NCBI GenBank assembly: GCA_965261595.1
Contig: CBDHDG010000002.1
Coordinates: 128,001 to 192,000, forward strand
From: a bacterium
GTDB taxonomy: Bacteria > UBA8248 > JACPRG01 > G963555815
Direction: 5' to 3'
Length of the DNA stretch: 64,000 nucleotides
A program made the translations under genes and the position numbers. A model generated the notes under the pieces. The model did no database searches. It saw only the letters and a list, made by a program, of their open reading frames with translations, and was not told the DNA's origin. This document shows, in pieces, positions 61,592 to 64,000 of this stretch (its first letter is position 1; each line of letters begins with the position of its first letter).

Positions 61592-62200
61592 ATGTTCGAT
61601 GTGCTGAAGGGAATCCTGGTGCGGTACCGGGAAGCCAAGCGGGTGCACGCGGAGAAGGTCGCGCAGCTCATCGCGGAGCATTCCCGTGAAATCTTCTCCG
61701 ATCCGGACTCCCCCATTGCGGGCAACCCGGAAGGGGACGTTACGATCACCCATTTCCTGGATTATCGCTGACCCCACTGCAAGACCCTCGGTCCGAGGAT
61801 CGCGGAATTCGTGAAGGAGGATACGGGCGTTCGGTTCGTCTTGAAGGAGCTGCCCCTGCTGGGCGATTGGTCCCTGCTCGCCTGCCGGGCGGCGCTGGCC
61901 GCAAAGGCCCAGGGCGCGTATGACCGGATCAACCTGGAGCTCTTCCGCGTCAAGGGCGGGAACCGGGAGCGGAAAGTCATGGACCTGGCGGCGGGGCTCG
62001 GCCTGGATATGGAGCGTTTTCAAGCAGACCTGGAGAGCGCGGCGTCCGACGCCGTCATCGAGCGCAACAAGGTCCTCGCGAAGACCCTCGGGGCCTGGAA
62101 AACCCCTTCCATGGTGGTCGGCGATCGAATCAGGATCGGCGGCGCGAAAGTGAAACACCTCCGGGAAATCGTCGCGGGCTTGCGGGCCGGGCCGGTATGA
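61592..62200 (+). CDS. DsbA/Com1-like thiol-disulfide oxidoreductase, putative selenoprotein (UPHC)
   Basis: GNPEGDVTITHFLDYR-TGA(61769-61771)-PHCK...KELPLLG..S...KTPS.VVGD in one frame. Confidence 0.9.
61777..61805 (+). promoter_or_regulatory. Candidate SECIS hairpin
   Basis: CCTCG-GTC-CGAGG apical stem (GGUC at the loop) with outer CTGC/GCGG pairing. Confidence 0.7.
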
Positions 62201-62323
62201 CCCTCCCGTTTTGTCGGTGATATCCTTCCGCGCGGTTTTGGGGGTTCATCGGATTCGGCGGCGGATTATTTCGGGGAGAGGGGGGGGGAAGGTCGGATGA
62301 CGGAAAACGGCGGTGAAGGGGAG

Positions 62324-63184
62324 ATGGGGCGCATTGGTGTGATCGGCGGGAGCGGGCTTTACGAGATGCCCGACCTGACCGACGTCGAAGAGGTCGCGCT
62401 GGAGACCCCCTTCGGGGCTCCCTCGGATTCGTTCATTCTGGGCCGCCTCGGCGGCCGTCCGATGGCGTTCCTGTCCCGCCACGGCCGGGGCCACGTTTTC
62501 TCTCCCACCGAAGTCAATTATCGCGCGAACATCTTCGCAATGAAGCTGCTGGGGGTCGGGCGCATCCTCTCCATCAGCGCCGTGGGAAGCCTGAAGGACG
62601 AAATTCACCCCACTGAGATGGTCTTTCCGGACCAGTTCATCGACCGGACCTCCAAGCGGGAATCGACCTTCTTCGGCGGCGGCGTCGTGGGACACGTCGG
62701 GATGGCCCACCCCGTCTGCGGGGAGATTCACCGGACCTACGTTCAGGCCGCCGAAAAGCGGGGCGTCCGCCATCACGCCGGCGGCACGTACGTCTGTATG
62801 GAGGGTCCGCAGTTCTCGACGCGGGGCGAATCCTTCCTCTACCGTTCTTGGGGGGCGAGCGTCATCGGCATGACCAACGCGACGGAGGCGAAGCTCGCCC
62901 GGGAGGCCGAGATCTGCTACGGGACGATCGCGATGGTGACGGACTACGATTGCTGGCGCGAAGACGAGGAGCAACACGTCTCGACCGATGCCGTCATCGC
63001 CGTTCTGAAGCAGAACGTCGAGGAGGGCCGGGGGATCATCCGGGAGGCCGCGGCGACCCTCCCCGAGGAAAGGCAATGTGACTGCCCCAACGCCTTGGCG
63101 GGAGGGATTCTCACCGCCCCCGGCCGCATTCCGCCCGAGGCCCTGGAGCGCCTGAGGCCCATCATCGGGAAGTACGTCCGGTGA
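62324..63184 (+). CDS. mtnP: S-methyl-5'-thioadenosine phosphorylase
   Basis: IGGSGLY, RHGRGH, NYRANI, EGPQFST, GMTN.TEAKLAREA and TDYDCW. Confidence 0.95.
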   Translation: MGRIGVIGGSGLYEMPDLTDVEEVALETPFGAPSDSFILGRLGGRPMAFLSRHGRGHVFSPTEVNYRANIFAMKLLGVGRILSISAVGSLKDEIHPTEMVFPDQFIDRTSKRESTFFGGGVVGHVGMAHPVCGEIHRTYVQAAEKRGVRHHAGGTYVCMEGPQFSTRGESFLYRSWGASVIGMTNATEAKLAREAEICYGTIAMVTDYDCWREDEEQHVSTDAVIAVLKQNVEEGRGIIREAAATLPEERQCDCPNALAGGILTAPGRIPPEALERLRPIIGKYVR

Positions 63185-63622
63185 AAAGGTTGATGACGAC
63201 ACGTTCACCGGTTCTTGAAATTGAAGGTGTACGTGCTTCGGTGTCGAGGTGAAAGCCGGAACCGCCCGCTTGTTCACACGGCCTGGAAACGCCCCGTGGG
63301 CTCACTGAAAAGGTCGTACGGGAATCGGGGAGCGGGGAGGAGGGGGCTTCGCCGGTTCATCTTTCGGAAAATCATTTGCCGACATTCCAATAAGAGGTAT
63401 TTGCAGTAAAATACTTTACGGTTTTCCGACTTGGGTCTGTTTCCGATGAGGACCGTGCATCGACAGGGTGACGGTTCGCAGACAGAGGCCGCGCCTTGCA
63501 CGCCTCGGCCGAGTGGCGCCCTTTCCGGCGGCGCCTGAATCCAAAGAGCAACGGGTTGTTCAGGAATTCGGGGTGGGTGACCGGATGTCCTGCTTTTCCA
63601 TAAGGATTTTCTGAGTTCAATC

Positions 63623-64000
63623 ATGGAGTTTTTGTGGGAAGGTCTTTGGGTCGCCGGCCGGCTCCTCCTTCGGGCGGACCCCGAGGTGGTGTCGGCGGCG
63701 GCAACCTCGTTCTACGTCGCGGCCTGGAGTACGCTTGGGGCCGCGTTGTTCGGCCTGCCGGTGGGGTATTTGCTGGCCGTCCGGGAGTTCCGGGGAAAAG
63801 AGACGGCGGTCACGGTGGTCAACGCCCTGTTGGGGCTTCCCACGGTCGTTGTGGGACTGGTGGCCTACGCCTTCCTTTCCCGGCAGGGACTGCTGGGCGG
63901 GCTCGGCCTGCTGTTCACCCCCGCGGGGGTCATCCTGGGCCTGATCGTTTTGGCGACGCCCATCGTGGCCGCTTTCGTCCTGGCCGCGTTGAAGGCGATG
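63623..64000 (+). CDS. tupB: Tungstate ABC transporter permease (runs off the window)
   Basis: Own translation: GLPVGYLLA..EFRGK....NALLGLPTVVVGL..Y..LSRQG.LG.LGLLFTP. Confidence 0.85.
   Translation, partial: MEFLWEGLWVAGRLLLRADPEVVSAAATSFYVAAWSTLGAALFGLPVGYLLAVREFRGKETAVTVVNALLGLPTVVVGLVAYAFLSRQGLLGGLGLLFTPAGVILGLIVLATPIVAAFVLAALKAM

Noticed and set aside
7413..63277. Many long antisense or overlapping ORFs (e.g. 7413-8780, 18189-19994, 38129-39892, 53151-54728)
   Set aside because: Shadow frames of GC-rich genes with no recognisable motifs.
1..64000. CRISPR array, tRNA (including tRNA-Sec) or rRNA
   Set aside because: No regularly spaced repeats or cloverleaf/rRNA signatures seen; the GGTTCGAGCCC near 57937 lies inside a CDS.

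Overview
GC-rich bacterial chromosomal window. The pheA-hisC-tyrA-cmk-rpsA-sppA-ihfB gene order loosely suggests a Deltaproteobacteria/Nitrospinota-like organism (inference only). It holds housekeeping operons (aromatic amino-acid biosynthesis, miaA-aroK-aroC-aroA, glyA-nrdR, mtnP), W/Mo enzymes (AOR, XDH large subunit, tupB) and a UbiD-pair catabolic cluster. It also holds seven IS copies (about 9.7 kb, about 15% of the window) and GTAG-type REP-like palindromes. The main hidden signal is five genes that the ORF track splits or truncates at an in-frame TGA lying exactly at a catalytic Cys position: a tandem AhpD/CMD protein (CPYU), an O6-alkylguanine DNA methyltransferase (PUHRV), a TlpA-like redoxin (UINC), a second AhpD/CMD protein (CPFU) and a DsbA-like protein (UPHC). 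Each TGA is followed by a hairpin whose G-containing loop starts 16-21 nt downstream, as expected for bacterial SECIS elements. This points to an unusually dense selenoproteome, including a seleno-DNA-repair protein. selA, selB, selC and selD were not seen in the window. Several frameshifts may be assembly errors.
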